A stretch of DNA of 56,541 nt, filler included, from Sphacelaria rigidula (taxonomy: Eukaryota): assembly GCA_964200075.2 (NCBI GenBank). It is 7 parts of 7 records of this genome, joined end to end, with 100 filler letters (N's around TTAATTAATTAA, not from the genome) between each part and the next. Parts side by side here need not be neighbours in the genome. Positions count along the whole stretch, not along the records: positions 1 to 7,993 come from CAXNAA020012716.1; positions 8,094 to 16,085 come from CAXNAA020012717.1; 5 more parts are not named here. The stretch is one strand, 5' to 3'. Position numbers and translations under genes: made by a program. Below the pieces are notes generated by a model that saw only the letters and a program-made list of their open reading frames with translations, was not told the DNA's origin and ran no database searches. Below, piece after piece: positions 1 to 11,952 of the stretch; position 1 is the first letter of the stretch, and every line of letters begins with the position of its first letter.

Positions 1-83
1 TGCTCCGTCTATGAAAAAGGGATGCGTGGTCAATGGTCAAACGACTAAGGCAAGCAACAAATGAGTACGCCCCCCTCCCTCCC
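1..83 (+). mobile_element. 3' end of non-LTR retrotransposon (LINE), subfamily A
   Basis: Encodes APSMKKGCVVNGQTTKASNK*, followed by GTACG and a C-rich tail. Near-identical copies at 16186, 25841 and 36380. Sits at a contig edge. Confidence 0.75.
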
Positions 84-645
84 TAGCCGCCCCTCATCGC
101 GCCAATAACACTCCTGGTGACGCTTTGCGGGTCGCGAAGGCTTACTACGACGAGTTCGTATACCCTGCGAACCACGGTAATGAGGTTGACGATCGGTGGT
201 ACACTCGACGCACGTGGGAAATGTTGTGGCTAGAGAGACATGAGCTGACCTGCGCTCCTTTCGCATCGCCCACACCACGTGAGAACAGGTGGGAGCACGA
301 CGAGTTGGCAGGATCATTGCTGCACGGCGGGGGACGGGGGAGATTGCGCACCGGTCCAACATCCAGCCTGCAGCAGCGATACAAATCGTCGGAGAGGCTC
401 AGCGACAAGGTCAAGGCAAAGGAGGATGGTGTGTCGAAAGTCAGTGGGCCGGCAGGAGATGATATGGCGGCGGCGGGAGCCTCGGGGGCGGGGATGGTGG
501 GGTCAGAGGGGGTGAGTCTCGAATTTGTAGGTCGCAGGGTACGCGGCTGCGTTCATGGGGGGCTTGGTCGAAGTACGCTCGAGCGCTTTGTGGCAACGCG
601 CCAATTGTTGCCAAGCGGACGGAGGTTACTGTGACTCTAGATGTA

Positions 646-1194
646 CAGTAGTGGGCGGTCTAACTATTAAGCGGGGTTTTGAGGCTTTCCCCGCGTGCTA
701 CTCTTCGATAGAACTCGAAATCGCTAGCGTCGGTAAATTTTGGTACAATAAACAGATGATCCTCAAAACACAGTGCCCAAGTCAGAGCTACTTGGTGTTA
801 TCGGGCGAAACGAGTAAATACCCCGTTCATCAGGAGGGTGTTATTGACCGTGAAACACAGTTTTTCGGCTCTAGTGCAATGAGTAGGCAGAATTTTGAAA
901 AAATAAAACTGTCTATATTTTTAGAAATATGATCGGGACAGGCTCGATTGGCCGAACATACCGAGGAGTAAGAACCTGGGCTTAAACGTCGCAGGACCCC
1001 CGATGACCGGTCAGCCCGTAAGCCACTCAATATTGAGTACACATGATATGTTTTTCTTGGAATGTGAAGCGGATACAAATATCTTCAGATCCCCCATGCG
1101 ATGAGTGGTGGCAAGCGAAAAGAGCCTTAAAAAAACGCCAATGACGAAGAAATCACAAACGCCTCAAAATGAATAGTTAGACCGCCCACTACTG
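646..1194. mobile_element. Tc1/mariner-pogo type MITE (549 bp)
   Basis: Perfect 23-bp TIR CAGTAGTGGGCGGTCTAACTATT / AATAGTTAGACCGCCCACTACTG, flanked by TA at 644-645 and 1195-1196. No transposase ORF inside. Confidence 0.9.
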
Positions 1195-2470
1195 TACGGC
1201 GATCGATGCGCGAAATGTTTAAATGTTTGTTCTCATCAGGAGCTGTTTTGATACTGTCTGTGTTGATCCAGAGTCGGCTGGCGGAAAGCGAGAGGAGTTG
1301 CGATATGGTGGCATTGTTCAGCTTGAGGCCCGCTTAGTCTTTCATCGCCCTGACTCTTTTCTCGCCACCGCAGGCGATGACTGTGACGTCGGGGCTAGGG
1401 CGTGCTTGATTGTACCGAGCATGTGGGAATAGTGCGAGACTAAAGTGACGGCGAGTGTTGTTGTGGCAGCTAAGCGTAGGGCTCGACAGCACCCGAATAC
1501 GTCAGACATATACACGCGCAACACGCAGATGAGAGTGCTAACGGCAGCCATCCTCTCTACCCCCTTTTCCCATGCTACTTCCATCAGCTTCTCCCAGATA
1601 CCAATCCTCGTGTCAGCGTCGGGTCTACCGCCGAAGTCGCCGCAGATAATACAGCCGCCGGTGCCCCCCCTCAAAACGCCTCCAGTACTGTGGCTGTCGG
1701 TGGGCGTGGCGGGGCTCGCCGTCCGCTGAGTATGCCGGGCCGTGGAGTATCGTTTCTCGCCGGTTACGTTGGGCGCAAGGATGTGGGTGGTGCAGGGCGG
1801 GGTGTGGGGTTGGGTCGGCGGGCATCAAGGAGTAGCATTACCAGTAGCGGTAGTAGCAGCGTCAATTTGATGGAAGGAAGCGCGAGCGTGCTGCTGCAGG
1901 AAAGGGTGGGTGGGCGTGAAGGAGAGGGGGTTAGGGGACGGAATGCGAGCGATTTGGTGTCGCCGCCTCTCTGCAGGCAGTCGGTGCCGCGGGCGGAGCC
2001 GTTGTGTTGCAAGAAGCTGGCGAACTATCCATTAAGCCAGGTGACCGTTGTGCGGGCTGGGGTGGTCACGCTGTGCGCGGAAGGGCTACTGAAGTTGTGG
2101 GCTCGGCCTACAGTGCCCCCATCGCTGCCGCCTTTGGGAGCGGAGAATTTAAACGGGCAGTTACCGTCGTCCGCTCCGAAGGAGAAGGTGAGGAAAAAGC
2201 CCTGCTGTGCCGAGGGCACGTGATGTGGGGCTCCTCGCTGTTGTGTATCCCGTTTACTTTTCCCCTTTTTTGTTTTTGAAACCTTCAACCTTCAATCCAC
2301 GTCTTCCTTGGGACGAGTGGGGGGTCTGAAGGCATGAAAACCCTCTTTCCCCCGCGTACAATCAGCACCCCCGCACCGCGTGAGCCCTCATCAAATGAAG
2401 TTTCTCCGCATCCCACGTCTTCACGTTTTCACCGACGGAAATCAGTTGATGTCACGAAGAAAACGCAAAT

Positions 2471-2553
2471 GGATGTGGCGGGATTCGAACTTGTGTTCTT
2501 TGGACCTAGTTGGTTACAATTGTGTCGGCCTTCCCACCGAGGCGCGGCGCGGC
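2471..2553 (-). mobile_element. Degenerate tRNA-like (pol III) SINE head
   Basis: Minus strand has a B-box GTTCGAATCC and a weak A-box. The acceptor stem does not pair, so this is not a functional tRNA. Confidence 0.35.
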
Positions 2554-3931
2554 GGGCGTACAGATACACTTCCTTATAACCTTTGCGGTGCAGCAAACGT
2601 GTGGCAAGAGTAGTCATGAGAGAGTTTCGGCAAACGTTTTTCCCCATCTTAGAGTCAGAGTGGAAGGAAAATTAGCCGGTAACGGTGCACGTTCTACTCT
2701 TTTTTTTTTTTCAATCAGAGCGATTTTTTCAGCGTCAGAGTGCCGTTTGCAGCTCTTGACTCTGAATACCGTTATGTCTCTTCGAAGTCCATAGCAAAAC
2801 AAAAAATAACCACGCCGGCCTTCGCCACCATGGTCAGGGCCATTCCAAAATCAATACACCCTAACAAACAAAGTGAGACATCCATCACAACTGCCATGCC
2901 CATCACAACGGGCCGTTCACGAAGCAGAAACGCTTGGCATCGCAATCAGAAGACTTCCCTGACGCCGCCATGATATCAACATTCGCTCAGTTATGTTGCG
3001 TGAAAATTCAAATGCTCGGCGGGTACACGACGTTGCCTTGGGTGCAGTCCCTCACTCTTGCCAGCTTCAGCAGGAAGAAGATGATGTGAACGGGTCGTAG
3101 TCTATAGCGCACAAGCAGTACTACACCTGGCTGCATTGCCATTCCGGTAGAGATAATGACGTCTTGCACCACCGTCGAGGGTGGCGTGTTGGAAAATCAT
3201 CACAGTGCGGCCTTGTCTGTTGTTTGAAAGTGCTGCGTACTGTACTACTGTACAACTGTCTGTACGGTATCGCTGTAGTCCACCGTACCGCAATGCACTG
3301 TGTAGAGTTCTGTACTGCAGTCTGTACTGCACTGTACTCCACACTGCACAGCACTACAGCACCACAGTGCCCTGTAGTGCGCCGTAGTGGATTGAAGTAC
3401 TGCAGGCGCAGTGAAGCGTAGTGAACGGTACGTACGGTGGCGCAGGGTTTGGTACAGTCAGTGCTGTGCCGGCCTACGCATTTTCGAACTGAACGCTGGT
3501 CGATCGCACATCTGGCGGGGCAACCTGCGGCCAATGAGTGCGACGAAAAAATCAGGTCGAGCCGCGTCACATCAGCTTTCGCTTTAAACTTTTTTGCGTC
3601 CACTCTAAAGTTTCAAAACTTCCACTCTAGACTCTGACTAGGATGAGAAAAAATATCTTCCGGAACTCTCCGTTGTCTGGGATTTATATTTGGAACAAGG
3701 ACTGTGGGGCCTTTTTGTTATACGGCTGCAGTTATTCGTCTTTTTTTTTCTGGAAGGAATCGATTTTTCAGAGTGTGTCACCCTTTCTCATGTGTATATC
3801 ATGCTGCGTGACACATCAGGCCAGTGGCCCCACCCAAAATAAATGTGCTGACCACATGATGGCGTACCCACTCTTAACCTGCTCCACGCCCCTGACATCT
3901 TCTGTCACTCAACCAGGACCCTGGTGGCCAC

Positions 3932-4957
3932 GTGGTCGGCGGAGCAATGGACTGCCGCCACACAGGAGAAGCAGACACCACTTCTCCTCCGCTTGCGTTG
4001 TCTCGCAAAGGCGGACTACCCACGGCAACAAAGTCCATCAACGCGCACGGCGGTCCCCAGGATGAACAAAACACAATGTCATCCTCCACCGACAGCGGAA
4101 CCACAGCTTCTATGTCCACGACAGGATCGTCGATTTCCACCGTCCGGCTGCCAACACCAGATTTTACGTCGGACAAGAACGAGGGCAATGGCACTATGAA
4201 CAACACCGCCACCAGCGACAGTGCAAATTCTTCCGCCGGAAGTATCACCGCATTGGCGGGTCCATTGGATGCGCTGATAAACACCGAGATCCATACCCCA
4301 AGGCCAGATTTTGGTGGTGTGCTAGGGGCCACATCTGGAGATGGCGCGGCAGCCAACGGCGCTGGCACGTGCCACACAGGCGGGAAGAAAAAAGGGTTCT
4401 TCTCGAAACGTTTTTTCGGAGGTACGGAGAAAAACGCTGCCGGGCGGAACGGCAGCAATAACAACTCGAGCGGCGGCGGGGGAGGCAACGGCGGAAGATA
4501 CAACGACGACCCATCGGCCTCCGCGTTTTCGAACGCCAATCTGAAGGGGAGAGATCCCGCTGGGATGACGTCGACGAAAGGCGTCACCAGAGGGAGTAGC
4601 CGCCCGGCGACACAGGACGGGGGAGTAAGCACAGCTGTGGGCACTGGCAGCGCTGGCAGAGACGGTGCGTCGAGTAAGCGTCCGGGGGCTGGGAGTCGAG
4701 GAGCGGCCGGCGCCATCCCGCCTAGTGGCGATGATTTCTACGGCACGTCGATATCATCATCCAGTCGGTCGATGCGATCGACGCTCGGCAACGTGGGAAA
4801 TAGGACAATTAATAGGGGCGGGAATTCGTCGAGTATCAGCAGCAAGGACACGAAGTCTTCTGCCAACCACACCACGTCTGCAGGCATTGGGAGCCAGCGG
4901 CGTGCGGGTGACCAAGAGCAGCGCTCCAGGGGTAGCCCTGTACGGCGAACGAGCTAG
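3932..4957 (+). CDS. Ser/Gly/Thr-rich low-complexity ORF, probably a large exon of a host gene of unknown function
   Basis: 341-aa stop-free, GC-rich frame with a KKKGFFSKRFFG motif and first ATG at 3947. No recognisable domain. It may splice before the stop. Confidence 0.5.
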   Translation: MVGGAMDCRHTGEADTTSPPLALSRKGGLPTATKSINAHGGPQDEQNTMSSSTDSGTTASMSTTGSSISTVRLPTPDFTSDKNEGNGTMNNTATSDSANSSAGSITALAGPLDALINTEIHTPRPDFGGVLGATSGDGAAANGAGTCHTGGKKKGFFSKRFFGGTEKNAAGRNGSNNNSSGGGGGNGGRYNDDPSASAFSNANLKGRDPAGMTSTKGVTRGSSRPATQDGGVSTAVGTGSAGRDGASSKRPGAGSRGAAGAIPPSGDDFYGTSISSSSRSMRSTLGNVGNRTINRGGNSSSISSKDTKSSANHTTSAGIGSQRRAGDQEQRSRGSPVRRTS

Positions 4958-6832
4958 GTCGGGGCAATCAGGAATGTACTGGGCAGGGACGCACGCATGG
5001 CTGTCACGGCCTCCCTACGCAGCAGAAAGTTGGGCGCTATGTTGTTCTCGTTCAAGTGTCATGACCGCGCAGGAACCGTTTTTTTGCCCCTATCCAGGTT
5101 CATGCTGATTAATGAGTAAAAAGTCGCGGAATGATGTGTGTGGGTTGTCTTCGAGGTCGAAGAGGGCGGCGATTCCGCGTACAAACTTTGTCCATATGAA
5201 AAATAGTATTGGTTCACCTCTCATTTATTTTGCTTTTGTTTTGTTTATTGACCTTGTTCAGTTTTTTTTTTGTGTCGTGTGTCGTCTCGGGAGAAGCTCG
5301 ATAGTCCGCGCAGAGAATACTCAAAGCACGCTGAGTACGCACATTTTGGAAGATGTTCGATATTCAATCTCTAGCGAGGGGTTTCCTTGTGTTGTATGTG
5401 TACTCGTTAGAGATTCGCGTGCCTGTGCATGGTACCTGTGCCGTTTTTTTGGTGGTCTTGTTGATGTCAGATATTTCTTGTCGTGTATTTTATGGCCTTC
5501 CGCCAAGTTCGCTCGTTATCGTTATCGGGAAGAAAATTATCCCAAAAAAGAGCTGTGTTGTTTTCTGAGTTGCCACTGCCGATGGCGGCAACCCGATTTT
5601 TTTTTTGCCATCATTGAAGGTTGTACATGTCACCTACCCACGGTTCGATGGTGCCGGAAAAATGAGTGTCATCACGGGACGGTAGTGCGTACGTTTTGGG
5701 ATGTATCTCAGGGGTTGTCTCTCTTGACGAAGTTTCCTCTCAACTCGACCGACTGTTGAAGTAAAGGAGGTGTTGATATCCGCCGAACGGAGTTTTCGGT
5801 GGTTTGGATGCAGGGTTATGATACATATTGTGGTTCGCTTACAACGCTGTGATGAATGACGCAACGGCTTCGAAAGAAATGCGCAAAAAGCAATTATTCC
5901 AGTCGGCATATCCAGGTACACCTGCAGCGCTTGTTCTGATAATATATCGGGGCATAAAATGGAGCAGCAGCAGCAGCAGCAGCAGCAGCGGTCATGTCGT
6001 ATGCATATTGGTCTACTTACTGCTTGTTGTATACTGTCTTGATGTTGATGGTGGCGTACGTTTCGGGTGCCTTGTACAGCTCGTGCTATGTGCGATGTAC
6101 TTTTCTTGTATCTCGACGGTCGATGCTAGGGTGACCTGTCGAAGCCGTTTAATCGGTTTTACCTATCTTCAGTTCCGTCGCCGTGCCTTGCTCGTTGATG
6201 TTCACTTTCATTCATACTGCAGCGTTGTGAATGCCGTTGTTGGTGCTGCCACTGGTGCCATGGCTTGTCGATGAGGTCCTGTGTTATTTCTTGTATTATT
6301 TCTTCCCTCGTCATTCAATGCCCTGAAATCTGTGTCGTGTTCGGTGTCATTTCAGTCCTATTTGGTACTATTACTGCTAAAAGTGTTCGAAACCACCGGT
6401 GAAGACAGCTGAACTTGTATCGATCCTCGTTCCTTTGAGGTCCCGAGCGCTGAAAAGGCTTCCACTGAACCGACATAAAAAAGTGTCCGTCCGTGCATCC
6501 GGGCCTCATTGTGAAGCTCCGAACCACGCATTTCCCCCCCCCGAATTGATTAGAAGCCGCGCCGCGCGAAAAAACGATCCCATCGCTCTTCTAACATCAA
6601 TCGAGACGCCATCAACAAGTTTCAGCTTCATTGGTGCTCATGGCGTTATGTTTCGCTTCTGTCTCTGGGCGCACACATGTACACCCAACAACGTTTTCGT
6701 GAGATTGAGAGTAGAGCGCTGCTTGAGAGTGGCTTCGGCCACTCGCCTCAACTTAGCCAATTTTTCATTTTGTGTGCTTTTCTTTGACTTCATTAGCGTG
6801 CGCTCACAGCTACACGTCGATATCCTACTTAA

Positions 6833-7992
6833 GGATATCAAGGGCCTCAGTGGCAAGCTACCACAGAAAGCATATTGGGCCCCGTGGAGGGGCATCCTGA
6901 AACTGAAACAATTCATTCACTGATTGACCGCTTTTCATTCTCGATCGTATCCTCTTACTCTCAATTTTACGAATACACCGTTACCCCCATTTCGACCCCT
7001 TTTGACCAGAGTGAGTCTTGATTGAACTCCTCAGACTTGACTGTCGCAACTTCAATCGAGACACTTCTGGAGAGTGGAGGCATCACACGCAGCAACCGGC
7101 TCTTCGAATCACTTCAAACACCCTCAAGAAGGTCCAGCTTCATTGCTGCTTTCTTTGTTGTCTTCGCTTGTGCGTGCCGACGCCGTCCGTAGCTGAGGTG
7201 GAGGAGGTGTTAAAGTACGTGATCGACGTTCACCCCGTTATACCGACCCGATCATTCTGGGGGCATCTCAAAAACGAGCCATCGGCCATCGGACACGTGA
7301 TTAACCTGAACCAATCTCGGTTTACCTTTCGACAAACGGCGAGCATACGAGTTCCCCTAATCGAAGAGTACGAGGGCGGTAGAGACGTTCACTCTTCGCT
7401 ACCTACCCTACTACAAGCGAACTCAAATCGGACCGTCACGCCGTGAGGTGTTTCCCGGAGAACGGATAGATCGGATAATGTGTGGTATGGAGCTAATATA
7501 TGGAGATAATATAGTATGGAGCGACCAGAAAATCGGCGAGAAGGTGAGCCTGGCTGTAGTCAAAATCCGCAAGGAGTTCGCATCCGCTATGGTCATCGCT
7601 GTCTGTGTTGGTCTCTCTCCTGTTTTCCTACCTCGCCTCTTCTCAGTTTACAGCCAAGAGTTCGTGTAATGTGTACAGAGTGCCTTCCCTCTGGTGCATA
7701 TTCGACGTCGGCAACCCAAGGCAAGGCGTCTGGAGTCTGCTGTTGTTGCTGTGCCCTACCGTGTGTCGCTGTCTCTGCCTTCCTTTCTCTCTCCTGGCTT
7801 CCCTCTTCTATGCCTACTGTTACAGCGGATACGGATTGCATATAACAGTGTTTTCGTGAGATTGAGAATAGATGATACGATTGAGAGTTAAAAGCGGTCA
7901 ATCAGTGAATGAATCGTTTCGGTTCCGAAATGTACTTCCACGAGGCCCAACATGCTTTCTGCACTAGCTGGCCACTGAGGCCCTTGATATCC
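6833..7992. repeat. Diverged ~150-bp inverted repeat pair (6833-6983 / 7843-7992) with ~860-bp spacer
   Basis: GGATATCAAGGGCCTCAGTGGC...ATTCATTCACTGATTGACCGCTTTT is reverse-complemented at 7843-7992. The right arm is cut by the contig end. Confidence 0.8.
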
Positions 7993-7993
7993 C

Positions 7994-8093
7994 NNNNNNN
8001 NNNNNNNNNNNNNNNNNNNNNNNNNNNNNNNNNNNNNTTAATTAATTAANNNNNNNNNNNNNNNNNNNNNNNNNNNNNNNNNNNNNNNNNNNN
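7994..8093. other. Artificial contig linker
   Basis: N44-TTAATTAATTAA-N44, which places stops in all six frames. Confidence 0.98.
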
Positions 8094-8150
8094 AGGTGTA
8101 GACTGGTGCCCAGAATAAATGGGACGACAACACACACAACACAACACAGA
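8094..8150 (+). mobile_element. SINE 3' fragment
   Basis: GTGTAGACTGGTGCCCAGAATAAATGGGACGACAACAC matches 51322-51365 of the full SINE. Confidence 0.6.
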
Positions 8151-9894
8151 TTCGTCCCCCAAACATTTACAGAATAGTGCAAGGGGAGGGTGCAATTGGA
8201 CGGTTGATGAGGATTCCCAATGATGCTCCCGGACAAGTGCTGGTGATGGAGAACGAGCATCATGCGTAACCACTCCATCATACCGGTTCATCTGCCAGGG
8301 TCGAACCAAAAACGACCTCCTGAGCAACTGATGATGGTGAAAAGCCAGTGTCATGTGCAAATGACTGGGTCACATTCGCTCATTTGCCGAGGTCGAAGTA
8401 GGCACGGGGTTTCCAAACGAGTGTAGATGAGCTACGACGATCACCATATAAAAAATAACTAGGTAATATGTTTTCATCTCTCAGGATCGAATGATGGGCG
8501 ATGTCCCCGAAGGACAGCCGGTGGTTCTCGGCGATTATCATGTAAACATGACCGGGTGAATTATTCTCCACCACAAGGCGCGAATCTTGGGTCATGTTTC
8601 TTTCATCTGCCAGGCGCTCACTGAAAATGGTGATTATACAGGAATGCTGATTGTGGACCAAGATCGAAATATGTAAAACGCAGGGAAATGGGCATGTTCA
8701 TAGACGCGTTAAAGGGTCACGACAAGTCCGAAAGTACTTCCAAAAAGAGTACTACAAACCGAGAACGACAACCACTACGTCCACCCAATCACAGCCACCA
8801 CGTGACCATCGACACTACGTCTCACCCACAGCAAGCACACACCGACAGCGATAGAGGGCACTCCATCCCAGCGGCCATCTCCCCCCGCCACTGCAACGCG
8901 CCCTATCAAGTATTTCCCTGCTCAAGTACCGCACGCAAGGAGACTACATCAACCCGCCCAAAGCGGTCGAACACTCGCATCAAGGGAAAGTCGCAAAAGC
9001 ACCGTCCGCGGATCCAGATGTCAAATGCGTAACAGCTCCTCCCTTTCTGTAGTGCATACTATTTCGTACGATCCTAGATATGGTTTCCCTATCGATGGCC
9101 CCGTTGCGTACCTCGTGAATGACTCGTCGAGAGTAAGTCAACACCTCTAGTGTCATGTTGGATAGCGTACGGACGTGCAAAGTCAGGAGGGAATTGCCTT
9201 GCTCGCGAGGGTTAAGGTTGACGCCGCTGATTTCGAGGCATTGAGACAAACCAGAGTACTTTCGCCTGCAGTCAGCGTCACGGCTATTCTCGTGTGGACC
9301 ATCGGGCCCGACATACATCCCGCTCGAGCAGCCCATGTGGTGGTGGGGGCGACGCGGGCCGTTACAGATGTGCGTGTGACACATCGTTGGCCGTGTCGTG
9401 GAATCTTATTCTGTAGCCTGCGACCCTGAAGTCCTGCCCAGCGCTGTCATGCGAAAGAATGTTCGGGGCCAGCGCTATTTGTACAGACTCGACCGAGGCA
9501 ACATTTCAGCTGAAGCCGATACCACTGCGTACGGCGCGCTCTGAAACATGGCGAGGGACGAACACGGACGAGTAGCTGACGGTCGAATCCGCAGGCAACA
9601 GTGACCGTTTGTGCGTTTCGCGTTTTTCGATGCATGATTGTGAAGCAGTATAGTATATGGACTACCTCGTGTGGGCTACACCGGGAAACTGGGGTTCATT
9701 GGCTCGCACAATAGGAAATTTCAGCGTGCGCGTGTGGCAGCGCGCATGGGAAATCTGTGATTGCGGGACTTTATGCTACGAGCACGCGCGACGGGCTGAC
9801 TCACCGGCTCTCATCCGTTCTTCCGGGCCAGTAGGGAGCAGACCTTCCACAACGAACCGGGCCTTGGCCTGCGCGACGCATAGTAAATTAAAAA

Positions 9895-10870
9895 GCTCAC
9901 GGTTGAGAATCTTGACGAACAAAAACTGAGTAAGTAGCTCGTGGTGGGAAAACAAATTACTCGAGCAAACGAGCCATCACTCGTGGTGAAAAATCAAGAC
10001 TCGAGCAAACGAGTCAGTGCTCGTGATCCAAAAATGAATAGCTTGAGCAGTCGAGTCATTACTCGTGGTGAAGAAAGAGATTACTCCAGCCCACGAGTCA
10101 CCGCTCGTGGTTCAAAAATATATACGACCTGGGGAAACTAGTAATTGCTCGTGATTCAAAAGATCAACAGCTCGAGCACTCGAGTCATTGCTCGTGGGAA
10201 CATTAAACAAATCTCGAGTACACGAGGCAGTTCTCGTGGTTAGAAAAATGAATAGCTCGCGTCATTGCTCGTGGGAAAAAATATAAGACTCAAGTACACG
10301 AGTCAGTGCGCTTGGTCAACCAAATTAGTAGCTTAAGCAGTCGAGTCATTACTCGCGGTGAAGAAGAATAGTACTCCAGTCCACGCATCACCGCTCGTGG
10401 TTCAAAAAATGAATGGCGCGAGCACACGAGTTATTGCTCGTGATAAAAACAAAAACAATGGCTCAAGCACACGAGTCTGTGCCCGTGATTGGAAAAGTAA
10501 ATGACCCAAGTATAGGAGTAAGTGCTCATGGTTGAAAATTCTTGTGGTCGAAAAAGTGAAATGACTGGTTGAAAAATTAAATGACTCGAGCAAAAGACTT
10601 ACTGCTCGTGATGAAAAAATGAATACCTTGAGCAAACGGGTCAATGCTCGTGATGAATAAAATCATTGACTCAAGCACTCGAGTCCTTTCTCATGGTGAA
10701 AACCAAAAATAGCTCGAGCACTCGAGTCATTGCTCGTCGTGGAAAAAATGAATGACTCGAGTGCTCGAGTCGCTGCTCGTGGTGAAAAAAATGAGACTCG
10801 AGGAAACGAGTCATGCTCGTTGCTTTCAAAATAAATCACTCAAGCATACGAGTCATCCTCGGCATGTAAA
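9895..10870. repeat. ~22-unit, ~42-bp tandem array with palindromic core and A-tract linker
   Basis: Core CTCGAGCAC(A/T)CGAGTCANTGCTCGTG plus a ~14-19 nt A-rich linker. CTCGTG recurs at 9938, 9980, 10020, 10062, 10104, 10148, 10191 and onward. Confidence 0.9.
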
Positions 10871-11019
10871 AAAAACACTAACGAATGTACTCGCTTTGAC
10901 GTCGTCTCGGCCCACGTGCACGAGCATCCCAAACATTCACACCGAGTCAAGAAGAGAGGGAGGACACTTCCCACGAAAGCCCTTCCCCAAAAGAAAACAG
11001 CCCAACAGTGTCGCGAAAA

Positions 11020-11190
11020 AACTGGTTATACAGCGCCCGATGTTACGCTTATATATATTGGTAACATCAGCGAGAACTAACCAAAGCGTGGGAGTTCCTA
11101 GCTGCTCGTTGTGCTCGGTTTTTCGCATTTCGAATCACGTGAAGATTTTGCCTCCCCAAACCAGGCACTTTCGAGGGGGAGGCTATCGTA
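11020..11190 (+). repeat. Dispersed repeat, second copy at ~16275-16470
   Basis: Shared ATACAGCGCC...GCGAGAAC...AGCGTGGGA...AGCTGCTCGTTGTG...AGATTTTGCCTCCCC..ACCAGGCACTTT. Confidence 0.7.
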
Positions 11191-11538
11191 GAAAGTGTCG
11201 GGGACGATCACCGTACTCTACACACCTTCAACCTGAGAAGGACATCTGCTGGGTCCTTTTCATTTTCGTGCGTCACATATTTGTTTCCTTCATTCTTTGT
11301 CGTTTTTTCGGGTGACTTTTGAGGATGAAAAAACGTTGCTCTTGGACCTTACCTCAGTTTTTTCAGCTCAATTTCTTGAGTTGTGATTTTAAAGAGCATG
11401 GAGAAGGGCAACGGCATTCTGAAAAAAAAAAGCCTTCACCTTCTTTTTGGGAGAGGTTAGGGCGTTCTCGGGAAAAACGGTCTTTACCATACTCAAACGT
11501 CCTAGACCAATAAAAAAAAAACTGACCCACTTTCAACT

Positions 11539-11952
11539 GTGGATTCTCGAAAATGGGGTTGAAAACGATTGAGGTTCATCTCAGAAGCCGTGCTTTCCCT
11601 GACCTAAATTCATGACAAATGACTTTCATATGGACGGCCTCATCCCTCCCGACCTCCCTAAAACTCTTTCGGGGGGTTTCTAGTCTTCCGTTCTCCCAAA
11701 GGGTATGTGCGAAAGCACACTTTTACCTCGATTTCGGGGTGAAGAAAAGACGTATTTTGACCCGACAATCGTGCTTTCGCGCATACCCTTTTGGGGAACG
11801 GAAGGCTAGCAATCCTCCGAAATAGTTTTGGGCAGGTCGGGAGGGATGAGGTCCTCCATATGAAATTTATTTGTCGTAAATTTAGGTCAGGGAAAGCACG
11901 ACTTTTGGGTTGAACATCATTTTTTGTTTCAACCCCATTTCCGAGAGTCCAC
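11539..11952. repeat. Foldback element: ~180-bp diverged arms (11539-11718 / 11771-11952) with 52-bp loop
   Basis: For example, GTGCTTTCCCTGACCTAAATT pairs with AATTTAGGTCAGGGAAAGCAC, and CCTCATCCCTCCCGACCT pairs with AGGTCGGGAGGGATGAGG. Confidence 0.85.

Noticed and set aside
3230..3470. Cys/Tyr/Thr-rich ORFs
   Set aside because: These derive from a degenerate CTGTA/CAGTA simple-sequence tract.
8038..8049. TTAATTAATTAA as a recurrent biological motif
   Set aside because: It is a synthetic six-frame stop linker.
9895..10870. Bona fide CRISPR array
   Set aside because: The repeats are degenerate, the spacers are short related A-tracts, block duplication is evident, there are no cas-like ORFs, and the context is eukaryotic.
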